A DNA stretch of 64,000 nt from Anaeromyxobacteraceae bacterium (lineage in GTDB: Bacteria > Myxococcota > Myxococcia > Myxococcales > Anaeromyxobacteraceae). Every line of letters starts with the position of its first letter. Position 1 is the stretch's first letter. The stretch covers positions 1,152,001 through 1,216,000 of the forward strand of contig JAULAX010000015.1 of the NCBI GenBank assembly GCA_032654565.1, given 5' to 3'. Positions 7,587 to 16,655 of the stretch are shown piece after piece. The notes beneath the pieces were generated by a model. It did not search any database, was not told the DNA's origin, and worked only from the letters and a program-made list of their open reading frames with translations. Position numbers and translations under genes: made by a program.

Positions 7587-9941
7587 ATGATGACCGCCAC
7601 CGCCTCCGCCATCGCCCCGCCGCAGGACTCCAGCGCCGGAGGGCGCCTCGTCGCCTTCGACGGCCGCCCCCTGCCGCTGCTCGGCACCCGCCTGACCGCC
7701 ACCGCCGCCGGCGGCCTCTGCCGCGTCCTGCTCGAGCAGCGCTTCAAGAACACCCACGCCGAGCCGCTCCACGTCAGCTACCTCTTCCCGCTCCCGCACG
7801 ACGGCGCCGTGAGCGGCTTCGCCTTCCGGCTGGGCGAGCGACGCTTCGTGGGCGAGGTGGACAGGCTCACCTCCGCACGCGAGCGGTTCGAGGAGGCGCT
7901 GGTGGAGGGCAAGACGGCGGCCCTGCTGGAGCAGGTTCGCGGCAGCGTTTTCAGCCAGGAGCTGGGGAACGTTCCGCCCGGCGCCGAGGTGGTCGCCGAG
8001 CTGACCATCGACCAGAAGCTGGCCTGGCTGCCCGAGGGGGCCTGGGAGTGGCGCTTCCCGACCGCGCTGGCGCCCCGCTACCAGGGGGCCGAGGGGCGCG
8101 TGCCGGACGCGAAGCGGCTGGCGGTCCCGGTGGCCGACGGCGAGGTCACGGCCCGGCTCAACCTCTCGCTCCAGGTGAGTGATCGGCTGGCCGCGGGCGG
8201 CAACCTCACCTCGCCGTCCCACGCGCTCCAACTCCGCTCCGAGGGAGCCACCACGAACGCCGGCCTTCAGGCTGAGGGAGGCGCACCGCTCGACCGCGAT
8301 GTGGCCATCCGCTGGCCGGTCGCCGCCGCCGAGGTGGGCGTTACGCTGGCCATGACCCGCCCCGTGGCGCCGAGCCGGGTGGCCGGGCGTGCCTTCGGCC
8401 TGCTCAGCATCGTTCCGCCCACGCCCGAGGCGCTGAAGGCCTTGCCGCGCGACTTGATCGTGCTGCTCGACACCAGCGGCTCGATGAGCGGCCTGCCGCT
8501 CCAGCAGGCGAAGCAGGTGGTCGGCGCGTTGGTCGGTTCGCTCACCGACGCCGACACGCTCGAGCTGATCGAGTTCTCCAACGCCCCGCGCCGCTGGAAG
8601 TCGAAGCCGGTCAAGGCGTCGCCCAAGGCACGCCAGGAGGCGCTGGCGTGGCTGGCGGCGCTCGACGCCGGCGGCTCGACCGAGATGACCGACGCGCTCT
8701 ATGCGGCGCTGGAAGGGCTGCGCGACGAGGCGCAGCGGCAGGTGGTGCTGGTGACCGACGGCGAGATCGGCTTCGAGGCCGAGATCGTCAAGACCATCAT
8801 GGGGCGGCTCACACCCGGGTCGCGGCTCCACACCGTGGGCGTCGGGTCGAGCGTCAACCGCTCGCTCACCGGGCCGGCGGCGCGGGCCGGGCGGGGGGTG
8901 GAGGTGGTGCTCGATCTCGACGAGCCGGCAGATGCCGCTGTGGCGCGGCTGCTCGGCCGCACGGTGGCCCCGGCCGTGACGGAGCTGACGGTGAGCGGCA
9001 CCGCGCTGGTGAAGTGCGCCACGAAGCGGTTGCCCGACCTGTTCGGCGGCGCCCCGGCGCTGCTCTCGCTAGAGCTCAAGCCCGACGGCGGGACGCTCAC
9101 GGTCGCGGGGGTAGCCGCGTCGGGGCGGTTCGAGCGGACGGTCACGGTGGAGGCCGACGACGCGGCGGCCGGCAACGGCGCGATCGCGGCGCTCTTCGCC
9201 CGGGAGGCGGTGGAGGAGCTGGAGCTGCTGGCGGCGGCCAGCGGCGGTGGCGCTGGCCACGACCAGGCGATCGAAGGGCTCGGGCTCCAGTTCCAGATCT
9301 CGACGCGGCTCACCTCCTGGGTGGCGGTCTCGGACGAGGCGATGGTTGACCCGCGGAGGCCGACGCGGCGGGAGGTCATGCCGCAGCAGCTGCCGTACGG
9401 GCTTTCGGTGCAGGGGCTCGGGTTGAGGAGCAGCGTGGCGAGCTACGACATGGGTGCGGTCATGGCGTGCAAGTCGATAAATTACGATCCGGCCGAACAC
9501 TCAAGAAAGACCTCATTGAAGGCATATTCGCGGCCACCACCGCCGATGGCGGAGGGTAAAGGGGCTTCCCGGCGACCGGAACCGCTCGGTGGAGCCAAGA
9601 AGGAGCGTGCCGCGTCCAAGGGTCAGGCCAGCCCCTTCCGGTCGCTGGCGGCCCGGCTGGTGCTGCGTACTGCCGACCGGCTGGTGGTCGAGTTCGAGGT
9701 CCCCGAAGACGGGTTCAACTGGAGCCCCGGGACGACCGCGCAGGTCAAGCTGGCCGACGGCCGGATGGTGGAGGTCGAGGTCGACCAGACGGCCACCACC
9801 GCGCCGGGCGAGCTGGGCGTCGGCACCACCGTGCGGCTGGTGCTCCGGTTGGCGCATCCGCTGACCGCCAAGCAGGTCCCGGTCGGCGTCGAACTCTCCG
9901 ACAGCTCGCTCGAGCTGAGCTTCGCGTCCGGGACCCCGTAG
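7587..9941 (+). CDS. VIT and vWA domain protein (inter-alpha-trypsin inhibitor heavy chain-like)
   Basis: VIT: QRFKN...YLFPLPHDGAVSGF...ARERFEEAL.EGKTAALLEQ; vWA MIDAS DTSGSMSG, GGST, LVTDG. Confidence 0.9.
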   Translation: MMTATASAIAPPQDSSAGGRLVAFDGRPLPLLGTRLTATAAGGLCRVLLEQRFKNTHAEPLHVSYLFPLPHDGAVSGFAFRLGERRFVGEVDRLTSARERFEEALVEGKTAALLEQVRGSVFSQELGNVPPGAEVVAELTIDQKLAWLPEGAWEWRFPTALAPRYQGAEGRVPDAKRLAVPVADGEVTARLNLSLQVSDRLAAGGNLTSPSHALQLRSEGATTNAGLQAEGGAPLDRDVAIRWPVAAAEVGVTLAMTRPVAPSRVAGRAFGLLSIVPPTPEALKALPRDLIVLLDTSGSMSGLPLQQAKQVVGALVGSLTDADTLELIEFSNAPRRWKSKPVKASPKARQEALAWLAALDAGGSTEMTDALYAALEGLRDEAQRQVVLVTDGEIGFEAEIVKTIMGRLTPGSRLHTVGVGSSVNRSLTGPAARAGRGVEVVLDLDEPADAAVARLLGRTVAPAVTELTVSGTALVKCATKRLPDLFGGAPALLSLELKPDGGTLTVAGVAASGRFERTVTVEADDAAAGNGAIAALFAREAVEELELLAAASGGGAGHDQAIEGLGLQFQISTRLTSWVAVSDEAMVDPRRPTRREVMPQQLPYGLSVQGLGLRSSVASYDMGAVMACKSINYDPAEHSRKTSLKAYSRPPPPMAEGKGASRRPEPLGGAKKERAASKGQASPFRSLAARLVLRTADRLVVEFEVPEDGFNWSPGTTAQVKLADGRMVEVEVDQTATTAPGELGVGTTVRLVLRLAHPLTAKQVPVGVELSDSSLELSFASGTP

Positions 9942-9946
9942 GCGAC

Positions 9947-10525
9947 ATGACCGACCTCGACGTCCACCTGCAATCGATCGTCAACGGCGACAAAGCTGCC
10001 TTCGGGCGCTGGGTCGCCGGTGCGGAGGCGACCCTGCGCGGGAGCCTGCGCAGCTTCGCGGCGAGCGTGGACGTCGAGGCGGTGGTGCAGGAGACGCTGC
10101 TGCGGGTCTGGCAGGTGGCGACGCGGGTGCAGCCGGACGGCAAGCCGAACGGCCTGCTCCGCTTCGCCCTGCGCACCGCGCGCAACTTGGCGCTGAGCGA
10201 AGCGCGGCGGCGGCGGTTCACGCCAGCCACCGATGACGAGGAGGATTTTGATCGGTTGGTGGCACGCATCGCCGACGAGGGACCGGCTCCGGCCGATCCC
10301 TTTCTGCGTAGAGCAATCCAGATCTGTCTCAGCCTTTTGCCTGCCAAGCCGCGCGAGGCGATCCAGGCCCGCCTGAAGGCCGCCGGCGGGGAGAGCGACC
10401 AGGCGATCGCCGACCGGCTCGGACTGAAGGTCAACACGCTGCTGCAGAACGTGACCCGGGCTCGACGGGCCCTGGCCGAGTGCCTCAAGGGGCGCGGCAT
10501 CGCGCTTGAGGAGGAGCTGCCATGA
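9947..10525 (+). CDS. ECF-type RNA polymerase sigma-70 factor
   Basis: GDKAAF...VEAVVQETLLRVWQ...ARNLALSEARRR (region 2); IADRLGLKVNTL..NVTRARRAL (region 4 HTH). Confidence 0.85.
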   Translation: MTDLDVHLQSIVNGDKAAFGRWVAGAEATLRGSLRSFAASVDVEAVVQETLLRVWQVATRVQPDGKPNGLLRFALRTARNLALSEARRRRFTPATDDEEDFDRLVARIADEGPAPADPFLRRAIQICLSLLPAKPREAIQARLKAAGGESDQAIADRLGLKVNTLLQNVTRARRALAECLKGRGIALEEELP

Positions 10526-10755
10526 CCGGCAATCGGGAACGCGAGCTGCTGATCGAGGCGGCGGTCGGTGCCTGGCGGCCACGTCGGGCCGACGGAGGCA
10601 TCGGCACGCACCCGGCCTGGTCCGATCTGGACGCGGCCGGGCGGTCGGAGGCCTTCGAGCTCGCGCGGCTGCAGCGGAAGCTGGAGGCGGCGCTCGATCC
10701 CGAGGGGCTGTCGAGTACCGCCAAGGCCGTGCTTGCGAGGATCTCCGAAGCCTAG
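10522..10755 (+). CDS. Small hypothetical protein coupled to the ECF sigma
   Basis: ATGA overlap with the sigma stop, GAGGAG RBS, 77 aa. Confidence 0.7.
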   Translation: MTGNRERELLIEAAVGAWRPRRADGGIGTHPAWSDLDAAGRSEAFELARLQRKLEAALDPEGLSSTAKAVLARISEA

Positions 10756-11612
10756 CCGGGCTCGACCTCCTCTATCCACCGGCACCCGGTCAGCATCTTG
10801 AGCCCGATGCTCATGTGGAAGCCTTCTCCGGCCCGGTAGACGTCGACCCAGAGCGGGACCTCCTCGCTCGGAGCCCGGTCCTCCTCCGGCTCCTCCTTGG
10901 AGAGGTGGAGCCTGAGCGAGCCGGGGCGGAGAGAGAGGCCGCCGCGCAGCAGGTCGCGCTCGCCCTGCCAGTCGAGCGTGCCGCAGAAGGTGGTGACGGC
11001 TAGCACTGGCGAGTCCACCTCCTCCGACAGCGCCTCCAGCCCGGCGAGCAATCGGCGGTCGGCATCGGAAAGGCCGTCGATGACGATGAGGTCGAGCGGC
11101 CCGGCCTCGGCGGCGGCGACGACCGCGGCGCGCAACTCGGGCAGCGTCGCCCCGTGGGCGTCGGCGAGCGAGAAGGGGAGCTTCCCGACCTCCTCGGCTG
11201 CCGCGGCGAGGTCGCGCCACTGCCCGGCGTTAAGGGTCCGTTCGACGAAGAGCGAGCGTGCCGGCACGCGAGCCAGGCCGGTGAGGAGCCGGAACACGGC
11301 CGTCTCGGCGTGGCCGTCGACGCTGAACCAGAGCACTCGACCACCGGTGCGCGCGGTTTCGAGCGCGATCCGTGCCGCGAGCGTCGTCTTTCCAGCCCGC
11401 GCATTCCCGGCGAGGAGGCTCAAGCCCCACCAGGTGTGCGCCAACCGGTCGAGCGTCGGCAGACCGCTCCGGACTCGCTCCCGAACTTCGACGCCGTCGC
11501 GATGCTGGACCCTGGCCCGCTCCAGGAGCCGCGCCGCGACTTTGCTCGCGGGCGCCACGGAAAGGCGTCTCAGCATCGGCTCACACTTCGTCTCGTCGTC
11601 CCTACCGATCAT
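10752..11612 (-). CDS. DnaB-like helicase C-terminal (RecA-fold) domain protein
   Basis: SGLPTLDRL..WWGLSLLAGNARAGKTT Walker A; VLWFS; LIVIDGL Walker B; 'L..LSEEVDSPVLAV'; AGGAGG RBS. Confidence 0.75.
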   Translation of the reverse strand: MIGRDDETKCEPMLRRLSVAPASKVAARLLERARVQHRDGVEVRERVRSGLPTLDRLAHTWWGLSLLAGNARAGKTTLAARIALETARTGGRVLWFSVDGHAETAVFRLLTGLARVPARSLFVERTLNAGQWRDLAAAAEEVGKLPFSLADAHGATLPELRAAVVAAAEAGPLDLIVIDGLSDADRRLLAGLEALSEEVDSPVLAVTTFCGTLDWQGERDLLRGGLSLRPGSLRLHLSKEEPEEDRAPSEEVPLWVDVYRAGEGFHMSIGLKMLTGCRWIEEVEPG

Positions 11613-11621
11613 GTCGCCTCC

Positions 11622-13781
11622 TCACTCCGTGAATCCAACCGAGCGTGGCGCCTCGCGCTTCACGCCGGCCTCCCCGGCCAGCATCCCCACCAAGGCCTCC
11701 GCGTCCGGCGAGGCCCGCAGGGCGCGCACCCGCCGCGCTACCGCGGCGAAGTCGCCGGGAGCGAGGTTCGGCACCGGACGGAGCTGGGCCGCCACCGCCG
11801 GCTCGCCCGAGGCCGAGAAGGGCCCGGGGAAGAAGGCGCGGAAGAGCTCCACCACTTGCGCCGAGGTGGGGAAGCGGAACTCCAGCTTGAAGACGAAGCG
11901 CCGAAGCGCTGCTTCGTCCAGCTCCCGCCAGAGGTTGGTGGTGCAGGCCACCAGCCCGGGAAAGATCTCGAGCTGCTGCAGGAACTCGTTCACCTCGGTG
12001 ACCTGCCAGGCGTACTGCGCCCCCTTCCGGTCGCGCAGGAACGAGTCGGCCTCGTCGAAGAGGAGCAAGGCGCCGTCATTCCGCGCCTCCTCGAAGGCGC
12101 TGGCGATGTTCTTCTCGGTCATGCCGACGTAGGGGGAGACCAGGTCCGAGACCCGCCGGTAGACGAGCGGGCGCTGGCAGCGCCAGGCCAGGTACTTCAC
12201 GAACTCCGACTTCCCGGTACCGGGAGGGCCATAGAGGCAGAGCGACACACCGGGCGACGGCCCCTCGCGGAAGGTCACCAGCTGCTCGGCCAGGGCCGCG
12301 AGGTCCTCCGCGCAGTGGAGCGAGTCGAGCCGGTACCCGCTCGGCTCGAAGACCGGCTTCAACCGAGCGTCCACGCCGGTGACCAGCTTGTGGACCGGGG
12401 CCAGCACCCGCTCGACGGAGGCCCGGTCCGGTGGCATATCCCCGGCGAGGAGGCGGGCGGCGCGCACGGCCGAGCCGAACTGTGCCGGGCTGGTCTCGTA
12501 GCGCTGGGCGACGGCCTCGCAGTCGGACCGGCTGAGGCCGCCGTCCTTGCCCACGTGGAACTCCAGCGCGTCAGCCCTTTGCCTGGCTCCCGGGGCCTTC
12601 AGCTCGATGGCGAAGGTGAAGCGGCGCAGGAAGGCCGGGTCGACGCCCTCGACCCGGTTGGTGCACCAGATGATCGGGTTAGGGTTGGTCTCGAGGACCG
12701 AGCCGAACCATTGCTTGGACATGGCGGGGGCGGCGCGCGACGCCGAGAAGAGGCTCAGCTCCCAGCGGAAGAGGTCCTCCATCTCGTCGAAGAGCAGCAG
12801 GGCCTCGCCGCGCGGGACCAGCTGGTTGGCGAGGCGGAGGGCGGAGCAGCGCTCCAGCGCCGTGGCCGAGTCGCCGGAGTAGTCGGAGCCGCCCACGCCG
12901 AAGACCGGGACACCGGCGAGCTGCCCGAAGAGGCGGGCCGCCTCCGACTTGCCGACGCCGGTCGGCCCGACCAGCAGGATGTTCACGCCCTGCGTCCGGG
13001 TCCCGAGCGCATTCACGATGAGGTCGCGCGCCGTCTCGAACGGCGCCGGGTCGGCGAAGGCGTCGAGGCCGAGCGTGGGCGGGGGGGCAAGGCGCAGAAA
13101 ATTGCGGACGAACTTCGCCCGGTCGAGCCCGGGCAGGGTGAGCAGCTCCTGGAGCAGCGGGTTCAGGGTGAGCTTGCGGGTGAGGTGGACGCGGGCGGTG
13201 TCGACGGTCAACAGGCCGCTGGCCGCGAGGCGGGCTTCGGAGGACAAAGCCGGGGTGACCTTGGCGAGCTGGAGCTGGGCGCCGGCCGCGATGACGGAAG
13301 CCGCGCCGGAGAAAGAGAGCTCTCCGAAGGCATCGAGGACATCGGCGAGCGGGGCGCCATGGCTGGCGGCCAGGAGGAACTGGAGGATGGCCGCCTCGGT
13401 CTTGTCGAGGCCGAGCAGCTCGCATGCCATCCTGAGGTTGGCCCTGACCGGGGCGCCGGGTGCAGGGACCGGCTTCGGCACCCCGTTCGCCAGGAGGACC
13501 TGCTTGAGGTGGGTGCGGATGTGGTCGCCTTCGAGCGCGGCCTCCTTCGAGCAGCGTGAGCAGGTGGCGGTTCGAGCCCATGACTGGACCAGCTCGGCGT
13601 CCTCCAGGGTGTTGAGATGGCTTCGGTCGAGGCGCCGCAGCACGGTCGAGACGAAGGCGTTGTGGGCGTAGGCCTCCTGCGTCTCGATGAGCGGGTCCTC
13701 GATGAGGACCGGCCGCTGCCGGTGCCGTCGGACCAGGCGGTCGACGTGGAGGAGTTCCTTGCTGCGGCGGTGCGAGGGCAT
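11622..13781 (-). CDS. AAA+ ATPase with two tandem AAA modules
   Basis: GPTGVGKS/LLLFDEMED/TN...DPAFLRRF and GPPGTGKS/LLLFDEADS/TTN...DEAALRRF. Confidence 0.9.
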   Translation of the reverse strand: MPSHRRSKELLHVDRLVRRHRQRPVLIEDPLIETQEAYAHNAFVSTVLRRLDRSHLNTLEDAELVQSWARTATCSRCSKEAALEGDHIRTHLKQVLLANGVPKPVPAPGAPVRANLRMACELLGLDKTEAAILQFLLAASHGAPLADVLDAFGELSFSGAASVIAAGAQLQLAKVTPALSSEARLAASGLLTVDTARVHLTRKLTLNPLLQELLTLPGLDRAKFVRNFLRLAPPPTLGLDAFADPAPFETARDLIVNALGTRTQGVNILLVGPTGVGKSEAARLFGQLAGVPVFGVGGSDYSGDSATALERCSALRLANQLVPRGEALLLFDEMEDLFRWELSLFSASRAAPAMSKQWFGSVLETNPNPIIWCTNRVEGVDPAFLRRFTFAIELKAPGARQRADALEFHVGKDGGLSRSDCEAVAQRYETSPAQFGSAVRAARLLAGDMPPDRASVERVLAPVHKLVTGVDARLKPVFEPSGYRLDSLHCAEDLAALAEQLVTFREGPSPGVSLCLYGPPGTGKSEFVKYLAWRCQRPLVYRRVSDLVSPYVGMTEKNIASAFEEARNDGALLLFDEADSFLRDRKGAQYAWQVTEVNEFLQQLEIFPGLVACTTNLWRELDEAALRRFVFKLEFRFPTSAQVVELFRAFFPGPFSASGEPAVAAQLRPVPNLAPGDFAAVARRVRALRASPDAEALVGMLAGEAGVKREAPRSVGFTE

Positions 13782-13825
13782 GGACGGGGCTCCTGGGGGA
13801 GGGCAGGAGTGACCCTATCGGCCAG

Positions 13826-13846
13826 CTTGGACGCGTCGGGTCCAAG
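13826..13846. promoter_or_regulatory. Perfect inverted repeat CTTGGAC-N7-GTCCAAG, candidate WYL operator
   Basis: Lies between the divergent AAA and WYL genes; on the minus strand the distal half sits 10 nt before TAGGGT (13817-13812). Confidence 0.6.
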
Positions 13847-13929
13847 GAGCCGATCCGGCCTGTTGGCGGGGCTGGATGCGGCTTTCGGCGTGGAGGGCCG
13901 GTGTCCGTCACCTGGGTAGGTTGGTTTCC

Positions 13930-14994
13930 ATGGCGTCGCGACGGGAGAAGGGGCGCAACGCCCAGCTGGACCGGGTCCTCAAGATCATCCACGACCTCAC
14001 CCGGCTCGAGGGGATCGACGTCTACGAGCTGGCCCAGCGCTACGGCGCCGCCGTGAAGACCATCCGGCGCGACCTGGAGTCGATCCAGGTGGCCGGGCTC
14101 CCGCTCGACGAGGAGGAGGCCAGCGAGGGGAAGCGGAAGCGCTGGAAGCTCGCCAGCCAGCGCGGGGGGCTGGCCAGGGCGGTGGATGGCCTCGACGCCA
14201 CCCACTACCTGGCGCTCAAGATGCTCATGGCCGACGCCGGCGCCGTGACCCGCGAGACCGGCCTGTACGCCGCGCTGGAGGATCTGCTCGGCAAGATCGA
14301 GAAGGCGGTGGGAGAGAAGGGGAGGCCCCGCCTCGAGGCCGTGGAGCGGGCCTTCCTGCCCTGGGACAAGCAGGTCTATGTCGGGGCGGCCAAGGAGCAG
14401 GTCTGGCCGCTCGTGGACGCCATCGAGGGGGGCCGGGTCTGCGGGGTCGCCTACCGCGCTGCCTCAACCGGAGGCGCGATGCGCACCCACGAGGTGCTGC
14501 CGCTCAAGCTCTTCGTCCACGACCGGGGTGCCTACCTGCTCTGCCAGTTCCTCGGGAATGGGAGCATCGGGACGCTCAACCTACACCGGCTCGACAAGGT
14601 GGAACTGACCGACAGAACCGCCAAACCGCCCGCCGGCTTCGACGCAACCCGTTACGCCGAGTCGGCCTTCGGCATCTACCCGGGGGCGAAGCCGGTGACG
14701 TACGTGCTCCGCTTCGCGCCGGAGGTGGCCACCTACATCAAGGAGCGGGTCTGGCACCCGAGCCAGACTCTGAAGGATCTGCCGGACGGGGGCGTGGAGC
14801 TCAGATTCAGGTGCGGCGAGACGTACGAGGTGACGAGTTGGGTGGCCGGGTGGCGGGAGTGGGTGGAGGTGGTGGGGCCCGAAGCGCTGTGCCGGGAACT
14901 GAAGAGGTTGGGCCGACTGTGGTCGCAGCCTTGGCTCCGGGATTCAAGCTTGCCACGGGCAGCGAAGCGAAATCCCTCGCCAAGGTCCTCATAG
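13930..14994 (+). CDS. WYL-domain transcriptional regulator (wHTH-WYL-WCX; PafB/YafY/DriD-like)
   Basis: RVLKII...ELAQRYGAAVKTIRRDLESI HTH; Y...R.HEVLPLKL...YL...LHRL WYL; RVWHPSQ...DGGVELRF...WV..W...VEVVGP..L WCX; promoter motif at 13902-13922. Confidence 0.92.
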   Translation: MASRREKGRNAQLDRVLKIIHDLTRLEGIDVYELAQRYGAAVKTIRRDLESIQVAGLPLDEEEASEGKRKRWKLASQRGGLARAVDGLDATHYLALKMLMADAGAVTRETGLYAALEDLLGKIEKAVGEKGRPRLEAVERAFLPWDKQVYVGAAKEQVWPLVDAIEGGRVCGVAYRAASTGGAMRTHEVLPLKLFVHDRGAYLLCQFLGNGSIGTLNLHRLDKVELTDRTAKPPAGFDATRYAESAFGIYPGAKPVTYVLRFAPEVATYIKERVWHPSQTLKDLPDGGVELRFRCGETYEVTSWVAGWREWVEVVGPEALCRELKRLGRLWSQPWLRDSSLPRAAKRNPSPRSS

Positions 14995-15073
14995 TGCTGG
15001 AAACTCTGAGGGTGCAGTTCTCGTTTCCTCCTTACGGTGGAGGTTCAAGTGCCACCCGGCGGCAAAGGCGAAC

Positions 15074-15694
15074 ATGACCTTTAGATTCAAGAAGTACAGC
15101 GTGAAGGCTTTGAAGGAATGCGGCGAGGCGTTCTGCGATGAGGCCGGCAAGTTTGAGAAGGCGCAGCGCAAACGAATTACGACGGGCCAGTGGACTGAGT
15201 TTGTTCTGGATTGGTTTGCTCGGGCGGCCCCAGATGAGATGCTCGTTGACTCAACGTCCAAGCAATGCGACAGGGCCCCGCCGCCATTTGAGCTTCCGGA
15301 ACGCCAGGGGTTTGGTGAATTCCTCGTTGACCTGACTCACAGCACCTATCCAAAATACTCGGAGGAGAAGCCCTACCCCGGAGGGGCGTACTTCGACGCC
15401 GCCCTGGAAAGAGCTTGCATCGTGCGACTCGCGCTAGAGAGTGAGTGGGGCGACCCGGACAGCGGGCCGACAACCAGGAAAGCCGTTCTTGAGGACGCAG
15501 TGAAGGTGGCCGCGATGCGGGCCGATACGAAGGTGGTGGTGTTTGGATCACACGCTGGGACAAGGAGCAAGATCCTTTCGGACCTCAGCACCCTTCGCAA
15601 GAGGTCAGAAGACCCGTCGCCGTGGCTTGTTATCGATGTCCCGTGGAAGTCCAAGACTGGGGAGACCGGGGCTTCTTGGCGAGTCATTGCCTGA
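15074..15694 (+). CDS. Hypothetical protein, possible PD-(D/E)xK nuclease fold
   Basis: Visibly more AT-rich ORF; EFLVD...LALESEWG...D..K pattern. Confidence 0.5.
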   Translation: MTFRFKKYSVKALKECGEAFCDEAGKFEKAQRKRITTGQWTEFVLDWFARAAPDEMLVDSTSKQCDRAPPPFELPERQGFGEFLVDLTHSTYPKYSEEKPYPGGAYFDAALERACIVRLALESEWGDPDSGPTTRKAVLEDAVKVAAMRADTKVVVFGSHAGTRSKILSDLSTLRKRSEDPSPWLVIDVPWKSKTGETGASWRVIA

Positions 15695-15797
15695 CCGTAC
15701 AAACTCCAACTACTGCAACTTGCCCGTGGATTCCGACCCGAGACCTCTTCGGGTCCACGGGTCCACGACGTGTCCGTTCCCAAAGTAGCTTGTTGGT

Positions 15798-16655
15798 GTG
15801 CCCCTCACCCTCCCCACCAAGGAACTCCGCGCCAAGCTGAAGGCCAGCCTGGAGGCCCTCGCGACCAGCGTGGACTGGACCCGGTGCGATGCCGGCTTCC
15901 AGGAGTTCCTGCGCGCCGCCGCGCGCTTCTGGGAGTACTCGCCCTTCAACCAGTTCGTCATCCAGTTGCAGCGCCCGCGCGCTCAGCGCGTCGCTGGCAA
16001 GCGCACCTGGGAGTCGCTGGGGCGACGAGTGAAGGAGGGCGAGCCACCCATCGCGATCCTGGCTCCGTCCGGGGGCGGTGGCTTCATCCTGGTGCCGGTC
16101 TTCGACCTCTCCCAGACGCGCGGGCGCAAGCTGCCGAGCCTCCCTGCGGCGTCCCGCCGCGGCACCCGCCACGTCCAGACGCTGGAGCGCGCCGCCAGCC
16201 AGCTCGGCATCGCGGTCTCCTACGAAAATCAGGCAGACCGCGTCGGGGGACGTTCCCTCGGCGGCCGCATCGAAGTGGACCCGGCCATGCGAGGCATCTC
16301 CCGGGCCCGCGTCCTTGCCCACGAGCTGGGCCACGAGTTGCTCCACCAAGAGGAGTGGTACAAGGCCCGCACGCTGAAGCGCCCTCCGGCGCCGCGCAAC
16401 CCGGCCCAGGAAGAGACCGAGGCGGACGCCACGGCCTTCATCGTCCTCTCGGCGCTCGGCCTCGATGCCCCGTCGCCGACCTACATCGCCTGGCGGGGTG
16501 GCACCGGCAACCAGGTGCTCCTGTCGATGGGCCGGATCCAGCGGGCGGCCAGGCGCATTCTGGTAGCCAGCAGGTTCGACACGACGAAACGCGCCGCTAT
16601 CAATGCCCGCGCCCTACCAGCCCCGCCGCAGCAAGAGGCTCAGGGGGCCGCGTAA
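15798..16655 (+). CDS. ArdC-like protein (ssDNA-binding N-terminus plus zincin HExxH domain)
   Basis: YSPFNQ.VI..Q....RVAGKRTWESLGRRVKEGE..I.ILAP, VPVFDLSQT.G, LAHELGHELLH, ETEADATAFIV. Confidence 0.8.
   Translation: MPLTLPTKELRAKLKASLEALATSVDWTRCDAGFQEFLRAAARFWEYSPFNQFVIQLQRPRAQRVAGKRTWESLGRRVKEGEPPIAILAPSGGGGFILVPVFDLSQTRGRKLPSLPAASRRGTRHVQTLERAASQLGIAVSYENQADRVGGRSLGGRIEVDPAMRGISRARVLAHELGHELLHQEEWYKARTLKRPPAPRNPAQEETEADATAFIVLSALGLDAPSPTYIAWRGGTGNQVLLSMGRIQRAARRILVASRFDTTKRAAINARALPAPPQQEAQGAA

Noticed and set aside
10752..11612. Calling this gene dnaB
   Set aside because: Too short, lacks the N-terminal domain and has divergent motifs; not the replicative helicase.
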